The position numbers and the translations under genes were made by a program. Below the pieces are notes generated by a model, which was not told the origin of the DNA, did no database searches, and worked only from the letters and a program-made list of their open reading frames with translations. From contig OZ024742.1 in NCBI GenBank assembly GCA_964016885.1, positions 58,962,001 to 59,026,000 on the forward strand: a DNA stretch of 64,000 bases, in the 5' to 3' direction. Positions 13,556 to 28,106 of this stretch are shown here, in pieces (the first letter of the stretch is position 1; each line of letters begins with the position of its first letter). The stretch is from Eledone cirrhosa (lineage: Eukaryota).

Positions 13556-15876
13556 TGTATATCATGTATATCTGTATATCATGTATATCATGTATATCAT
13601 GTATATCTGTATATCATGTATATCTGTATATCATGTATATCTGTATAACTGTATATCATGTATATCTGTATATCATGTATATCTGTATATCATGTATATC
13701 TGTATATCATGTATATCATGTATATCATGTATATCTCTATATCTGTATATCATGTATATCATGTATATCATGTATATCTGTATATCATGTATATCTGTAT
13801 ATCATGTATATCTGTATATCATGTATATCATGTATATCATGTATATCATGTATATCTGTATATCATGTATATCTGTATATCATGTATATCTGTATATCAT
13901 GTATATCATGTATATCTGTATATCTGTATATCATGTATATCTGTATATCATGTATATCTGTATATCTGTATATCTGTATATCTGTATATCATGTATATCA
14001 TGTATATCATGTATATCTGTATATCATGTATATCTGTATATCATGTATATCTGTATATCTGTATATCATGTATATCATGTATATCATGTATATCTGTATA
14101 TCTGTATATCATGTATATCTGTATATCATGTATATCATGTATATCATGTATATCATGTATATCATGTCTATCTGTATATCTGTATATCATGTATATCTGT
14201 ATATCTGTATATCATGTATATCTGTATATCTGTATATCATGTATATCTGTGTATCATGTATATCTGTATATCTGTATATCATGTATATCTGTATATCATG
14301 TATATCTGTATATCTGTATATCTGTATATCTGTATATCATGTATATCATGTATATCATGTATATCTGTATATCATGTATATCTGTATATCATGTATATCT
14401 GTATATCTGTATATCATGTATATCATGTATATCATGTATATCTGTATATCTGTATATCATGTATATCTGTATATCATGTATATCATGTATATCATGTATA
14501 TCATGTATATCATGTCTATCTGTTTATCTGCATATCATGTATATCTGTATATCTGTATATCATGTATATCTGTATATCTGTATATCATGTATATCTGTGT
14601 ATCATGTATATCATGTATATCATGTATATCATGTATATCATGTATATCATGTCTATCTGTATATCTGTATATCATGTATATCTGTATATCTGTATATCAT
14701 GTATATCTGTATATCTGTATATCATGTATATCTGTATATCTGTATATCATGTATATCATGTATATCTGTATATCATGTATATCTGTATATCATGTATATC
14801 TGTATATCATGTATATCATGTATATCTGTATATCATGTATATCATGTATATCTGTATATCATGTATATCATGTATATCATGTATATCTGTATATCATGTA
14901 TATCTGTATATCATGTATATCATGTATATCTGTATATCATGTATATCATGTATATCATGTATATCTGTATATCATGTATATCTGTATATCTGTATATCTG
15001 TATATCTGTATATCATGTATATCTGAATATCATGTATATCATGTATATCTGTATATCATGTATATCATGTATATCTGTATATCATGTATATCATGTATAT
15101 CATGTATATCTGTATATCATGTATATCATGTATATCTGTATATCATGTATATCATGTATATCATGTATATCTGTATATCATGTATATCTGTATATCATGT
15201 ATATCTGTATATCATGTATATCTGAATATCATGTATATCATGTATATCTGTATATCATGTATATCTGTATATCTGTATATCTGGATATCATGTATATCAT
15301 GTATATCTGTATATCATGTATATCATGTATATCATGTATATCTGTATATCATGTATATCATGTATATCTGTATATCATGTATATCATGTATATCATGTAT
15401 ATCTGTATATCTGTATATCTGTATATCATGTATATCATGTATATCTGTATATCATGTATATCATGTATATCATGTATATCTGTATATCATGTATATCTGT
15501 ATATCTGTATATCTCTATATCTGTATATCATGTATATCTGTATATCATGTATATCTGTATATCTGTATATCTGTATATCATGTATATATGTATATCATGT
15601 ATATCTGTATATCATGTATATCATGTATATCATGTATATCATGTATATCTGTATATCTGTATATCATGTATATCATGTATATCATGTCTATCATGTATAT
15701 CATGTATATCATGTATATCTGTATATCATGTATATCTGTATATCATGTATATCATGTATATCATGTCTATCATGTATATCATGTATATCATGTATATCTG
15801 TATATCTGTATATCTGTTTATCATGTATATCTGTATATCATGTATATCTGTATATCATGTATATCTGTATATCATG
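13556..15876. repeat. 2.3 kb satellite of interspersed 8-mer TGTATATC and 9-mer TGTATATCA
   Basis: Read directly from sequence; only rare point variants. Confidence 0.95.
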
Positions 15877-16116
15877 CCATACAATTTGGATATATCTGTT
15901 TACTACTGTGGTTCATTCTTCTTCTTTATCTATTTCTCACTTCCTCTCTGTCATTTTTACTCTTTCTCTAGAAAAAATTGGCTGTATTCAGACTTGAGGC
16001 TCTGTTAGGTTTAAAATGGCCCAACAAGAAACACCGTATGAGTGGGGACACACACGCACACACGCACACGCACGCACACGCACGCACGCACGCACACGCA
16101 CGCACGCACGCACACG

Positions 16117-16209
<93 letters not shown>

Positions 16210-16323
16210 GTATATATATGTATGTATGTATAGTATATTTGACAATATACCGTATGTTTAATTAAAAACATTTAGAAGACCATACGCTATCAGTTTTAAA
16301 GTAGTGACTATGTCACTTACTTC

Positions 16324-16414
16324 TTTTCGGCGAAAGAAGGGAGTGAAGCTGACAGTCTGTTTCACGCTGGTTGGCGTTCATCAGAGCCACGTACTTTCCT
16401 GCTTTCGCCGAAAA
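16324..16414 (-). ncRNA. Canonical type I hammerhead ribozyme with extended stem I
   Basis: Minus strand GCT-CTGATGA-ACGC-CAACCA-GCGT-GAAAC-AGACT-GTC-AGC (16387-16348); distal helix TTTTCGGCGAAAG (16324-16336) / CTTTCGCCGAAAA (16402-16414). Confidence 0.85.
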
Positions 16415-16503
16415 TTATAGATGCTGGATTCTTATAGAATTCCAGTAATAATCAGGAGCTGATTATACAGAGCGATTGCCGGCCCAGCAAAATTATATAT
16501 CTA

Positions 16504-16573
<70 letters not shown>

Positions 16574-16844
16574 GGGATATTTGGACACCCTGTGGGATGA
16601 AATACAAGACCCGGCAAAGGACGGAGGAACTCAGCAGAGTCAACGGCCATCCAAATAGTATTTTTTTTTTTTTAGGCAAACATTTGCACCGAAGATATGT
16701 GTCATCAGTTCCAAAAAGTGTGGTTGGTCCTATACAAGCCTTCACCACTGAAAACAAAACATTGTTTGGGTAGTTCAACATCAGTTCACTTTCTCACATT
16801 TAACTTTTGTTGGACACTCATACGTGGGATATCGACGGGAGAGT

Positions 16845-16932
<88 letters not shown>

Positions 16933-16966
16933 CGTATGTGTGTATGTGTGTATGTGTGTGTATTAT

Positions 16967-17225
16967 GTGGCGCGTGGTCTAATTAGGGTGTTCGGCTTGC
17001 AATCGTATCGCTGTGAATTCGATTACCGGCGGCGTGTTGTTTCCTTTCACGTTCCTCCAGTCCCCTCAGCTGCAAAAATGAGTTATACTTGCAATTTAAA
17101 GGGGAAAACCTTCTCAAATACTTGTCACGCTGAATCTTCCTGAGCACTGAATTAAGTGTTAATATATCTGTGGAATACCCAGCTATTCCACGTTAATTTC
17201 ACGAGCAAGCTATTTCGTTCTTCCA
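16967..17225 (+). mobile_element. tRNA-derived SINE (degenerate CORE-like family)
   Basis: GCTTGCAATCG...GAATTCGATT head and CTCAGCTGCAAAAATGAGTT shared with the 11137 copy. Confidence 0.55.
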
Positions 17226-17324
17226 ACAGCACAAAAAACACAATAACACAGGTTTGTTTGTGGTTAAGGAGTTTGCTTCATAACTTAGCGTTCACAGGGG
17301 TTCGCGAACATACACACACGAACA

Positions 17325-17405
<81 letters not shown>

Positions 17406-17626
17406 GTGTGTATAAATATATATATGTTATAAAAGTGAATGAAAATAAAATGTATTTCAATCATATCATACCATAAATCAGCTCAAACATGCTTTATACA
17501 GGCTAAAATCTGTATTTTGCAGAGCATTATTTATTCAAAATGTTATGTAGGTATAATACTAAAGTATATTACTATTAAGATTAAGAACATAGGAAGCAAA
17601 ATATATATTTAAGGAAAAATTTTACC

Positions 17627-17725
<99 letters not shown>

Positions 17726-18631
17726 TTATATATATAAATGTGCGTGCGCGTGTATGTGTGTGCGTGTGTGTGTGTGTGTGTATGTATGTGTGTACTCATG
17801 CACACATCTGTGGGTGTTGTTATATTGTTAGAGAACTTTTCAACTCCTCCCTATGGTCCGGCGAGTGTCTCTACAGATTGTTGTCGTTTAGCCCCAGGTC
17901 AGCTTTTATAGGGTGAACGTATAATCAACAACATTCCTAAAATGAAAATCTCACCTTTTTTCATGTAACCCCGGATTACATCGAATATGTCATTTTCTGG
18001 AAAGGTGCGGAACGATTTGATGGGAATTTGACTGCTGTTTCTAGCAGGTCGAATTCCCACATAGAAGCTACTTCGTTAGCTTGTACGCTCCCGATCCTGG
18101 GGATCAAAGATCCGTTTCGATCAGCGCTGACCTAGGGCTAAACAACAACATAAGCATAAATGTGATGTTTTTTGCCTCCTCTGGTCAACAACATTTACTC
18201 AGATGTAAATAAGTTAGAGGAGTTAATTATTACCCCTTCCATTAGAATCAAGCCAGATTAGAGATTCTTTCTAACAATTCACCATAGAGATGAGGGCCGG
18301 GACGGCTTGGGGAAAGCGTTCTCTTGTGTTGGGGAAAACGTTGACCCGTAGGATGGCGAGGGAAACGCATTGGAAAACTCGTTCCATCTCACGGGGCTCA
18401 CTTCTGCATGTGGCCAACTCCGCCCCAATTGTAGTAAGTAAGGAGGTGGCTCACGCCGGAAGTTTTTACTTCTATAAGTTCGAATCAAAGAAAATAATGT
18501 ATGTATGTATGTATGTATGTATGTATGTATGTATGTATGTATGTATGTACGTATGTATGTATGTATGTATGTATGTATGTATGTATGCATACATGTATCT
18601 ATGTATGTATGAGGGTAGGTATGTATGTATG

Positions 18632-19200
18632 TCAGGTCGCTCTTCAACGCTACAGGTTAACATATAACTCAGTACGACCTGTGCATTGTCGAGTCGTCGA
18701 TGACTAAGCCGGCAACCCCATCAAGCTTGCTTGGTGAGGAGAGCGCTTTTGGACACATTGTGGGATGAAAAGCAAAACCCATCAAATGGCGGAGGAACTC
18801 AGCAGAGTCAACGGTCATCCACTAAACGTTTTTTTTTTTGTGTAGCGCAGACTCCGAATCTTCATTGCGGCATCTCTTTTGGAGAAAATCACTCTAATAT
18901 AAAACCTGCGACTTCATTCGCATCCAATGATGTAGACCAGTTGGGCAAATACATTCGATGTTCAGCGACTGGGATTGGCCCCGTGCAAAACCTTTCCTCA
19001 CTTAAAAAAGTTTCAAGCACAGGCATCGCTTGATATGTGACATTTTTGCGATACATGGTATTGCTAGCCATAGGAAAGTCCCGAGCAGGAAAGGACTAAA
19101 AAGCCACGTTCATGATGCTCATGCTTAAGTATCAAGCGATGGCATTACTCAAAATCGAGTTGCAGCTTTCATGTATGTCACTCTAACTCAAAGTGGAATG
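18632..19200 (+). mobile_element. Dispersed repeat, possibly 5' region of an RTE-like LINE (second partial copy at 16575-16660)
   Basis: TTGGACAC..TGTGGGATGAAA...GGAGGAACTCAGCAGAGTCAACGG shared between the two loci; starts in a (TATG)n tract. Confidence 0.4.
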
Positions 19201-19329
19201 GTGGGGGTGCTGTAGCGACATACGGTATTTTTTGCTGGGCTTTTTAAAACCTGGTGGAGCCTATCTCCTCTCCATGACTGCCCACTGCCGATTTCTTCCA
19301 GAGAAAGGGTGAGAGTGAAAGAAAGGAAT

Positions 19330-19455
19330 TTAACAACAATATACAAGGAAAGAATCGACCGCAGTAGTGGACTGTTACTTTTTTATCGACCTCGAAAAGA
19401 TGAAAGGCAAACCATTTTATCCGTCGTTCTAATGACTTTGCCAATTCGCCGTCAC
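19330..19455 (-). mobile_element. tRNA-derived SINE fragment, Meta-domain-like family
   Basis: Reverse complement of GCCTTTCATCTTTTCGAGGTCGATAAAA. Confidence 0.6.
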
Positions 19456-19668
19456 ACATGTACGTACATAGATATATACACACATATACACACATATACA
19501 CACATACATACATAAACACATACATATATACACACATACATACATGCATAAACAGACATTCACACATACATACACACATTTATTTTGTTAATTAACTCAT
19601 AATAGGGATGAAAAAAAGAAAGGGATATATTAAAGACAGACAGATAGACAGATAGATAGATAGATATG

Positions 19669-20365
19669 TTTCTTTATTAGCCACAAGGGCATAAAAGAAG
19701 GGGACAAACACAAAGGGGGGAGTTTACATACAATAAAAACGTTTAAAATATCACAAATGCAAATTAAAAATTAGTCGATTTTCCCCAGTAGGGGGAGACA
19801 TTACATATGGGTAACACATACCCCCGAAAAAAATGTGCAACCCTCATCTCCAGGAGTACGGAGATTTTGTACTCCTTTCCTCTCCTCCTCTTTTTCCTCA
19901 ACCTACATGCTGATATAGAGAGAAGGCCCATTCACTCGGGCCATTCTCGCCACTTTCACCCACCTTTCATAAAACTTGCTGGGGTACAGCACCTCTCTCT
20001 CCATCCTGATTCTTCTTCCAAAGTGGTATTTGAAAAAAAGAATCATTTGTTGACCGGAGAGAAAGGTGTCTGACCTCAGCCCTTTCAACCTCGTCCACCA
20101 TACAACCTCTTTTGCCATAGCTATCACACAAAGGAAAACCGCCTCTCCTTCATTTTTGAAGGAGGGTGGCGGTTTGATCATGACAATGGACTCGGTGGTC
20201 AACCGGATTGGTCCCACCAGCGACAATGGTCGTTCTACATAGCCCCACAGGTCGGTGACGCCCGGGCAGTGTATGAATGCGTGCGCGACGGTTTCTTCGT
20301 CTCGCACGCACCTCGGACAGATCTTTTTTTGCAGGGTCCCTGCCCGGGCGCCCATGTCTGTAGAG
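19669..20365 (-). mobile_element. Tx1-like LINE copy A, 5'-truncated (ORF2 C-terminus + 3'UTR)
   Basis: CPRC-x8-H-x4-C zinc finger; nearly identical to the 3' part of copy G; (GATA)n on both sides. Confidence 0.9.
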
Positions 20366-20510
20366 ACAGATAGATAGATAGATAAATAGGTGGATATATA
20401 GATAGATATATAAATAGATAGACAGAAAGACAGATAGATAGATGATAGATGGATAGATAGATAGATAGGTAGGTAGGTAGATAGACAGATAGATAGATAG
20501 AAACATATAT

Positions 20511-20555
<45 letters not shown>

Positions 20556-20766
20556 CCGAGAGAGAGAGAGTGAGAGAGGGAGAGGGAGGGAGAGAGAGAG
20601 TGAGAGCGAGAGCGAGAGAGATATATAGATTGATTGATTGAGAGATATATAAAGGGATTGCAGAGAATGAGTATTTACATAATTTATATAAAGATAAACT
20701 TTATACAGACGTATGGCGTAGGTATATTTGACTGTCGCAATGGAGAGAGAGAGAGAGAGGGAGAGA

Positions 20767-20804
<38 letters not shown>

Positions 20805-20941
20805 TGATAGGCCAGGAAAGGTGATATGGGATGTTGAGACATTCTTCCATTGCCGAAGGGTAAATCAATACAAACAGCATATAGCAGAAATCGAAACCAG
20901 GTCATGCACATGATGTTTACATCTCCCCACTCTCTCTTTGT

Positions 20942-20988
<47 letters not shown>

Positions 20989-20990
<2 letters not shown>

Positions 20991-21100
20991 TTCAAATCCC
21001 GCCGAGGTTAACTTTGCCTTTCATCCTTACGGGGTCGATAAAATAAAGTACCAGTAATGCACTGTAATTTCTGGCCTTGTGCCAAAAGTAGAAACAATTA
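20989..21100 (+). mobile_element. SINE fragment, Meta-domain-like family
   Basis: GTTCAAATCCCGCCGAGGTTAACTTTGCCTTTCATCC matches the 631-800 copy. Confidence 0.7.
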
Positions 21101-21130
21101 TATATACATACACACATTTATATATACGTA

Positions 21131-21215
<85 letters not shown>

Positions 21216-21384
21216 TATATGTGTGTGTGTAGGCGTGCTCAGATATATTTATATATAAAATATTAAGTATTTATACTCTGCTGTGTATTGAGTACCTTAC
21301 TTACTGTGGATACCCCCGATTGAACCAGGGATAAACTTATATATATAGGTATGTCAATATTTATTTATAAAACAAATCTGTATT

Positions 21385-21442
21385 TTATCTGATGAAAGCG
21401 CACCATAATTTGCCTTGGTTGCCCTTGAAATATGTATAATAA
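21385..21442 (+). ncRNA. Degenerate hammerhead-like motif in a PLE-like stub
   Basis: CTGATGA(21389)-AAGCGCACC...GGTTGCCCTT-GAAA(21427); stems I and III imperfect. Confidence 0.4.
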
Positions 21443-21577
21443 AATAAATATGGTTTTATAAATATAGTTTCCATTTATTAATATATTGTGTATTTATTCC
21501 ACTCATTGTTGAGTGCTTTATATCAGTTCTAAAAAATGTTTAAGCTTGTTGAATCCCAACAAATTAAATATAACCTC

Positions 21578-21657
<80 letters not shown>

Positions 21658-21710
21658 TAAATATATATATATATATGAAAAACATGGGGAGAAGAATACT
21701 GCATGGTTGC

Positions 21711-21743
<33 letters not shown>

Positions 21744-21802
21744 TATGTGTATCTATGCATATGTACATGTGTATACACACACACACACACACACACACAT
21801 AC

Positions 21803-21852
<50 letters not shown>

Positions 21853-21945
21853 TATAAAATAACAGATTAAAGTTTAAGCAAAGAATCGCTGCTTTCACCC
21901 TTAACGGGATCTCTTTGGAGTTTAGTCTTCCAATTTATTATTATT

Positions 21946-21980
<35 letters not shown>

Positions 21981-22281
21981 GTATGTGTGTGGAAATATGC
22001 AAATAAAATGGTGGTTCTCACTCACCTAGATCTGTTAAGATATCTCACCATCCTTAGTAAATGTTTCCAGTAAAAAGGTAAGCAAAGAAATGTGATCCAG
22101 AGGGGTTTTCCAACATACAGAATTGTTAAAAGTATTTATATGGTTTTGATTATGCAGCAGTATATGTGTACACACACGCACATCTATATCTATATATCTA
22201 TATATCTATATATCTATATATATATATATAGATATAGAGAGAGAGAGAAAGATGGAGAGAGAGAGGTGAGGCAGAGAGAGT

Positions 22282-22327
<46 letters not shown>

Positions 22328-22772
22328 GGATATACTTAGATAAGTATATATATTTTCTATATGTATATAAGTATAAATAGATATATAAATCCGTGTATAC
22401 ATATGTATATATATATATATATATAGTTTTATATATATATGTATATATATTTGTATATATGTATATGTGTGTATATGTATGTGTTGCGTGTGTGGTAGTC
22501 TGCTGTGTGTTGCAGTTATGAAGCGCCACCACCCAGGAGATTTCTTCTATATAACACAGCGATACACAAGTTACTAATAAATAAATAAGCTTGCTTTACT
22601 TACTCAACTTCCCCCCTCACTGACACTTCATACCTCCCCATCCTCTCCCTCCTCCTTCTTTTTGTGTTCTTTCCTTTCCCTTTCTTTTTCTATCACTATT
22701 TCTATTACGCCCCCTTTCTCCCTCGTTTCTGTTACTGGTTTTCTCCACCAAACAAGTTCAACTCTCTGTCTG

Positions 22773-22810
<38 letters not shown>

Positions 22811-23035
22811 ACACATGTACACATACATACACTCTTCACCACACTCACAAACTCTCTCTCTGTCTCTCTCTCTCTCTCAAGCACACACACACTCCCACAC
22901 TCTCTCTTGCTTCTCTCTAAATTTCCCTTCAATATTTTTTGCTTTCGTCGCAAAATGAACAAAAAAGAACAAAGAATAAACGAAAAAAACAAAACAAAAA
23001 AAATACATACACACACTCAACAAAATCAATTTAAC

Positions 23036-23531
23036 AATGAAGTAGAGGCGGTTTTCCTGTCTGGTGGCTATGGCGAAAGAGGTAATATGTTGGATGAGGT
23101 TGAAAGAACTGAGGACAGACATCTTCCTCACCAGACAACAACTCATCCGCTTCTTTAAATAACACTTCAGAAGGAAGGTGAGAGTGGAGAGAGAGGTACT
23201 GCACCTCAGTAAATTCGCCGAAAGGTGGGTGAAAGTGGTGAAAATGGCCCGAGTGAATGGGCCTTCTCTGTATATAAACCTGTAGGTTGAGGAAGACAAA
23301 AGAGGGAAGACGGGAACACCTACAAAACGTGCTCCTGGTGTTGAGGGTTGTTCTAAAACAACCCCGCAGTAACGTTCCCACCTTTTAGGGATTTCGATTG
23401 TTATTTTATTTTAATATAAAGTTTATTTTAATTTATTAATGTTAAAGTTAACACAATTTTTATGCCAAACCCCCGCCGTCATGTCTTGTAATGCCCCATT
23501 TCTTGTACGCCCTTGTGGCAAATAAAAAAAA
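23036..23531 (+). mobile_element. Tx1-like LINE copy B, 3' fragment
   Basis: EAVFL...[14 protein letters not shown] plus 3'UTR most like copy E; followed by (TATC)n. Confidence 0.85.
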
Positions 23532-23555
23532 CACATCTATCTATCTATCTATTTA

Positions 23556-23660
23556 TTTTTAAATTGCATTTGTGATAGTGTTTTACACGTTTTTATTGTA
23601 TGTAAACTTCCCCCTTTGTATTTGTCCCCTTCTTTTGTGCCCCTGTGGCTAATAAAGAAA
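23556..23660 (+). mobile_element. Tx1-like LINE copy C, 3'UTR only (~105 bp)
   Basis: Nearly identical to the last ~100 bp of copy G; (TATC)n on both sides. Confidence 0.85.
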
Positions 23661-23662
23661 CA

Positions 23663-23700
<38 letters not shown>

Positions 23701-26700
23701 AACATTATATACAACAATTTAGTAAAAACCCAAGGGCCTAACTTCACCCAGGCAGGGGATTTCCCCCACCTCAAAATGATTAAGGCCCCAGAGGACACAT
23801 ATAAAACACTAAAAAAGAACTTTAAAGAGGACGTGTCCCCCCCCCTGCGTCGGGCCCATAAACCGCGTCCTCCTAAAACATTTCCCCACCCCCTCCCCAA
23901 ACACCCACACAACTCCAAACACCCCAACCACACAACACATTGATGCCCCTACACTTCTACAAACCACCACCCCACCCAACAACCCATCCCCCACCCTCAT
24001 GGAAATTGTGCAGCCCGATACCCGGGACGCAGAGGAGGTAAGTGCCTTTTCTCTTCACCACCAACATGGCTATGCTAAGAGTAGGCTGTCTAAATACGCG
24101 TGGCCTGGGCTCAACTTGGAAGCAAGCAATGCTTCTAAATGACCTCAGGTCACAACGTATAGATGTGATGGTTATTTGCGAGGCCCGGATCAGCAACGTG
24201 CGACAGCTGGCCCCCACCTTTGATGACCTTGAGATGCACGCATCTCTCTGTCAGCCTGGTGGTGGGGGTGGGGTTGTCGTTCTGCTGCAAACACATCTGT
24301 GTCTCGCAACACACGGTACATTTGGACCCGGAGGGTCGATTAGTGGTTCTGGACCTTGGCAGTGGTGAAGGCGGAGCGTTTAGGCTGGTAGCCGTCTACG
24401 GCCCTTTTGGGTCAATGCGGCCGGACTTCTTCCATCGTCTGGAGACTTTTCTAGGGACGTCCCGCTCCTTTCTATTAGTGGGGGACTGAAATGGTATCCT
24501 AGATGCACGTTGGGACTAGGTAGGGGCCTGTCCCGATAGAGAGGGGTGTAACAGCCTCAAAGGGTTAATCGGTCGATTTGACCTGGCCGATAGATATCGA
24601 CTAGATTTTCCGACTGCGCCAACCTGGACTTGGGCAAACCGCAGCGGATCATCTAGGTCGTACCTAGATAGGTTCTTAGTTAGAAATAAGGATAAGGACT
24701 TTTTAAGTTGTCCAAAAAATGCGCATGGTTGGCTATTCAGACCACAAGTTAGTGACCTGCATGGTCAACCTTGACAGAATGCATAGACAGGGACCCGGTT
24801 ACTGGAAGCTCAACTTGCCCTTACCGGCAAGTAAGGCTTACAGGGACCGGATTAGCACTTTAATTAAGGAGCGGTTAACGGGCGCCATCGTCAACAGCAG
24901 GTGGTGGGGATCTCTCAAAAGAGAGATTAGAGTAGTCTCTATAGAATTTAGTAAGGAGTTAGCCTCAAATAGAAATAGGAAGGAAAGGGAGTTGGTAGAT
25001 AGTGTAGAAGAGGCAATTAGAAGCGGCGACGTGGCCAGAGTGCTCGCGTCGAGAACGGCCCTGGGCCAGTTCTTCGACGCGAAACACGAAGGCTGCATCG
25101 TCCGAAGCAAAATACGTGCTCTGGGAAACGAGGGGACCAAAGCTGTTAGCTGGGCCCGCGTGACAGAAGCCAAAAGAGGGAGTAGATTCACTATCCGGTC
25201 TTTGCGAGACCAGGATGGACGGGTGATCCTTGAACCTAAGCAGATGTGCGAGGCTTTTCAAAAGCACTTTGCCAGATTGTTCGGAAGGGGCGGGGAGCCG
25301 GTTGGGGAAGTGGACTTCGGTCCATACCTCGGCGGCCTGCCGCGTCTCTCGGACAGAGAGGCGAAGTCCTGCGAGGAGCCGATTTCAGCCGCTGAGATAG
25401 AGGACGTGCTGAGCCAATGCGGCAAACGCAAATCCCCGGGTCTCGATGGTCTTCCATACGAACTATATCTAGCTATGCCGGACTTGTTCCCCGTCTCCTC
25501 GAGGCGGTCTACTGCAACTGGCAACAGCACGGGAGAATTCCCTGTGCTGTGACCAAGGGCGTAGTCACGCTAGTGAGGAAGGACGAGAACAAGGAGGACA
25601 ATATAAATAATTTCAGGCCCATAACTCTGCTAAATACAGAGTTACAGATTTTGGCCAAGGTGCTGGCAAAGAGGTTGGCGCTTGTCGTGGGCAACCTGGT
25701 GGGAGATGCGCAGACATGTGCTATCCCGTCCAGGTCCATCCACGACAACCTCCACCTCATGCGATACATCATAGAGAGGGTTGGGAACTAACCCGTCTTT
25801 GGTGGGGCCCTGATCAACTTGGATCAATCTAAGGCGTTCGATAGGGTCGACCATGGTTACCTGGATGCGGTGCTAACAGCGGCAGGCTTCGGACCCGTTT
25901 TCAGGGGCTGGATCAATGCCATGCACAGCAGCCGCATCTGCTCTAGGGTCAAGGTGAACGTCTACCTCTCGGAGCCATTCGAAATCACGCGGTCCATCCG
26001 ACAAGGGTGCCCTCTCTCCTCCCTTCTGTATGTAGTGACTCTAGAGTCACTGCTGCGGAAGTTGGAGTTGTTGCAGTGCATCCCGTTGGAACCGGGATTG
26101 CGGAAAGCGGTGTCGGCCTACGCCGATGACGTAACAGTAATGGTGTCGACGGCCTCGGAAATCGGGGCGATCGGCACCTTACTGGAGGAGTACGAAAGGT
26201 TTACAGGGGCTAAGCTGAATCGGGACAAATCGATCGGTCTGCAACTCGGCACATGGAGGGGAAAATCGGTGCCCTCCGATTGCGTCGTCGGGCGCTGGAA
26301 GGAGGGCCCGGCGAAGTTGCTCGGGGTCTGGTTCGGACCAGACCTCCAGGTGGAGATGAACTGGGGTGAGGTAACGAACAGGGTGTGGTAACGAATAGGG
26401 CGGAGGTGGCGAACACTTATATAGCGTCCGTCATCTACTACCGCCTGACCGTCGTGCCTTGCCCAAGGGAAACGCTCGCCAAAATGGAGCGCGCACTCTT
26501 CCAATTCCTTTGGAAGAAGCAGGCTCCTATGGTGAGGAGATCCATTTGCTGTCAACACCCTTCAAACGGAGGGCTGGGGATGCCATGGGTGATGATGCGT
26601 AAACACGCATTAAGGCTACGGCACCTCCAGGTATTCCTCACCGGTCAACCGGTGTGGGCCCTGTTTGTGAGGCGAGCCTTTCCCAGACTCGTCTCGCTCA

Positions 26701-27730
26701 CCGAGCTGCAATCCTGGGGCAAGCAAAGACCGAGAAAACTGGGCGCCTGGCACACCGAGTGTGCCCAGGCGCTCACGGCTCTTTGGCAGGCGGACCCGGC
26801 TGTCAGTGGAGAATCTACCTCGTCATTCTATAGAGGGCTGGTGGTTAGCAGGTGCGACGACGCCCTCGGAGAAGCCTTAGGCATGGGGGAAAACCAACTG
26901 GCCAACCTGTTCGGTAGGACATTCAGCCCGGGACCTATGGATAACTTCCAGAGGTCCCTGGACTGGCAGTGCTACCGAGGGGCTCTGCCCGTTCGAGAAA
27001 GGCTCTACAGACACGGGCGCCCGGGTAGGACCCCTCGAAAAAGATCTGTCCCAGATGCGTGTGCGACGTGGAAACCGTTGCACACGCATTGCTACACTAC
27101 TCGGGCATTGCCGATCTGTGGGGCTATGTCGAACGACTGCTGTGACGGGTGGGACCGATCCGGTTGACCACCGAGTCTATTGTAACGATCAAGCCGCCTC
27201 CTCTCTTCAAAAACGAAGGAGAGGCGGTGTTTCTGTGCGTAATAGCCATGGCGAAAGAGGTTGTATGGTGGACGCGTCTGAAAGGACTGAGGTCAGACAC
27301 CTTTCTCTCTGGCCAACAACTGGTCCGTTTCTTCCGATATCATTTCGGAAGAAGGATCAGGATGGAGAGAGAGGTACTGCACCCCAGCCGTTTCTATGAA
27401 AGATGGGTGAAAGTGGCGAGAATGGCCCTTGTGAATGGGCCTTCACTCTACATCAGACTGTAGGTGAGAAATATGAAAGATCAAGGGAGCACCCTCTCTC
27501 TGTGCTCCTGAGGAGAAGGGTTGCACACTTCTTTCGGGGCTGTGTGCGACCCCCCAAGGCGCCTCCTGCCTATTGAGGATTTTGTTATTCAATTTATTTT
27601 TGTTATATTTTATATTTTATATTTTTATATTTTGTTATTGCCTCCTCCTTAGTTAGGACGCCTTTTTATGTAAACTCCCCCCATTGTACTTGTCCCACTC
27701 TTTGATGCCCTGGTGGCAAATAAAAAGAAA
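23701..27730 (+). mobile_element. Tx1-like LINE copy D, truncated within ORF1
   Basis: ORF1 C-terminal remnant, full-length but disrupted ORF2, 3'UTR with AATAAA; (TATC)n on both sides. Confidence 0.92.
24066..27463 (+). pseudogene. ORF2 of copy D (APE endonuclease-RT-CCHC), multiple frameshifts and stops
   Basis: Fragments collinear with the intact ORF 34150-37596: NTRGL, SDH, QGCPLS, YADD. Confidence 0.9.
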
Positions 27731-27731
27731 G

Positions 27732-27831
<100 letters not shown>

Positions 27832-27956
27832 TTCTATTTCTCCCTTCTTTTATTCTTTATCATTGATCTTCATCCATTTTCCGTGAAACACTTATTCTGT
27901 CTATCTCTAATATATTCTTTTCATTCCTTCCAATTTATATATGTGCTTGTATATAT

Positions 27957-28106
<150 letters not shown>

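Noticed and set aside
17878-18150. MITE with 25 bp terminal inverted repeats
   Set aside because: The arms resemble (CAA)n-tailed SINE 3' ends also seen near 7640-7690; no target-site duplication evident
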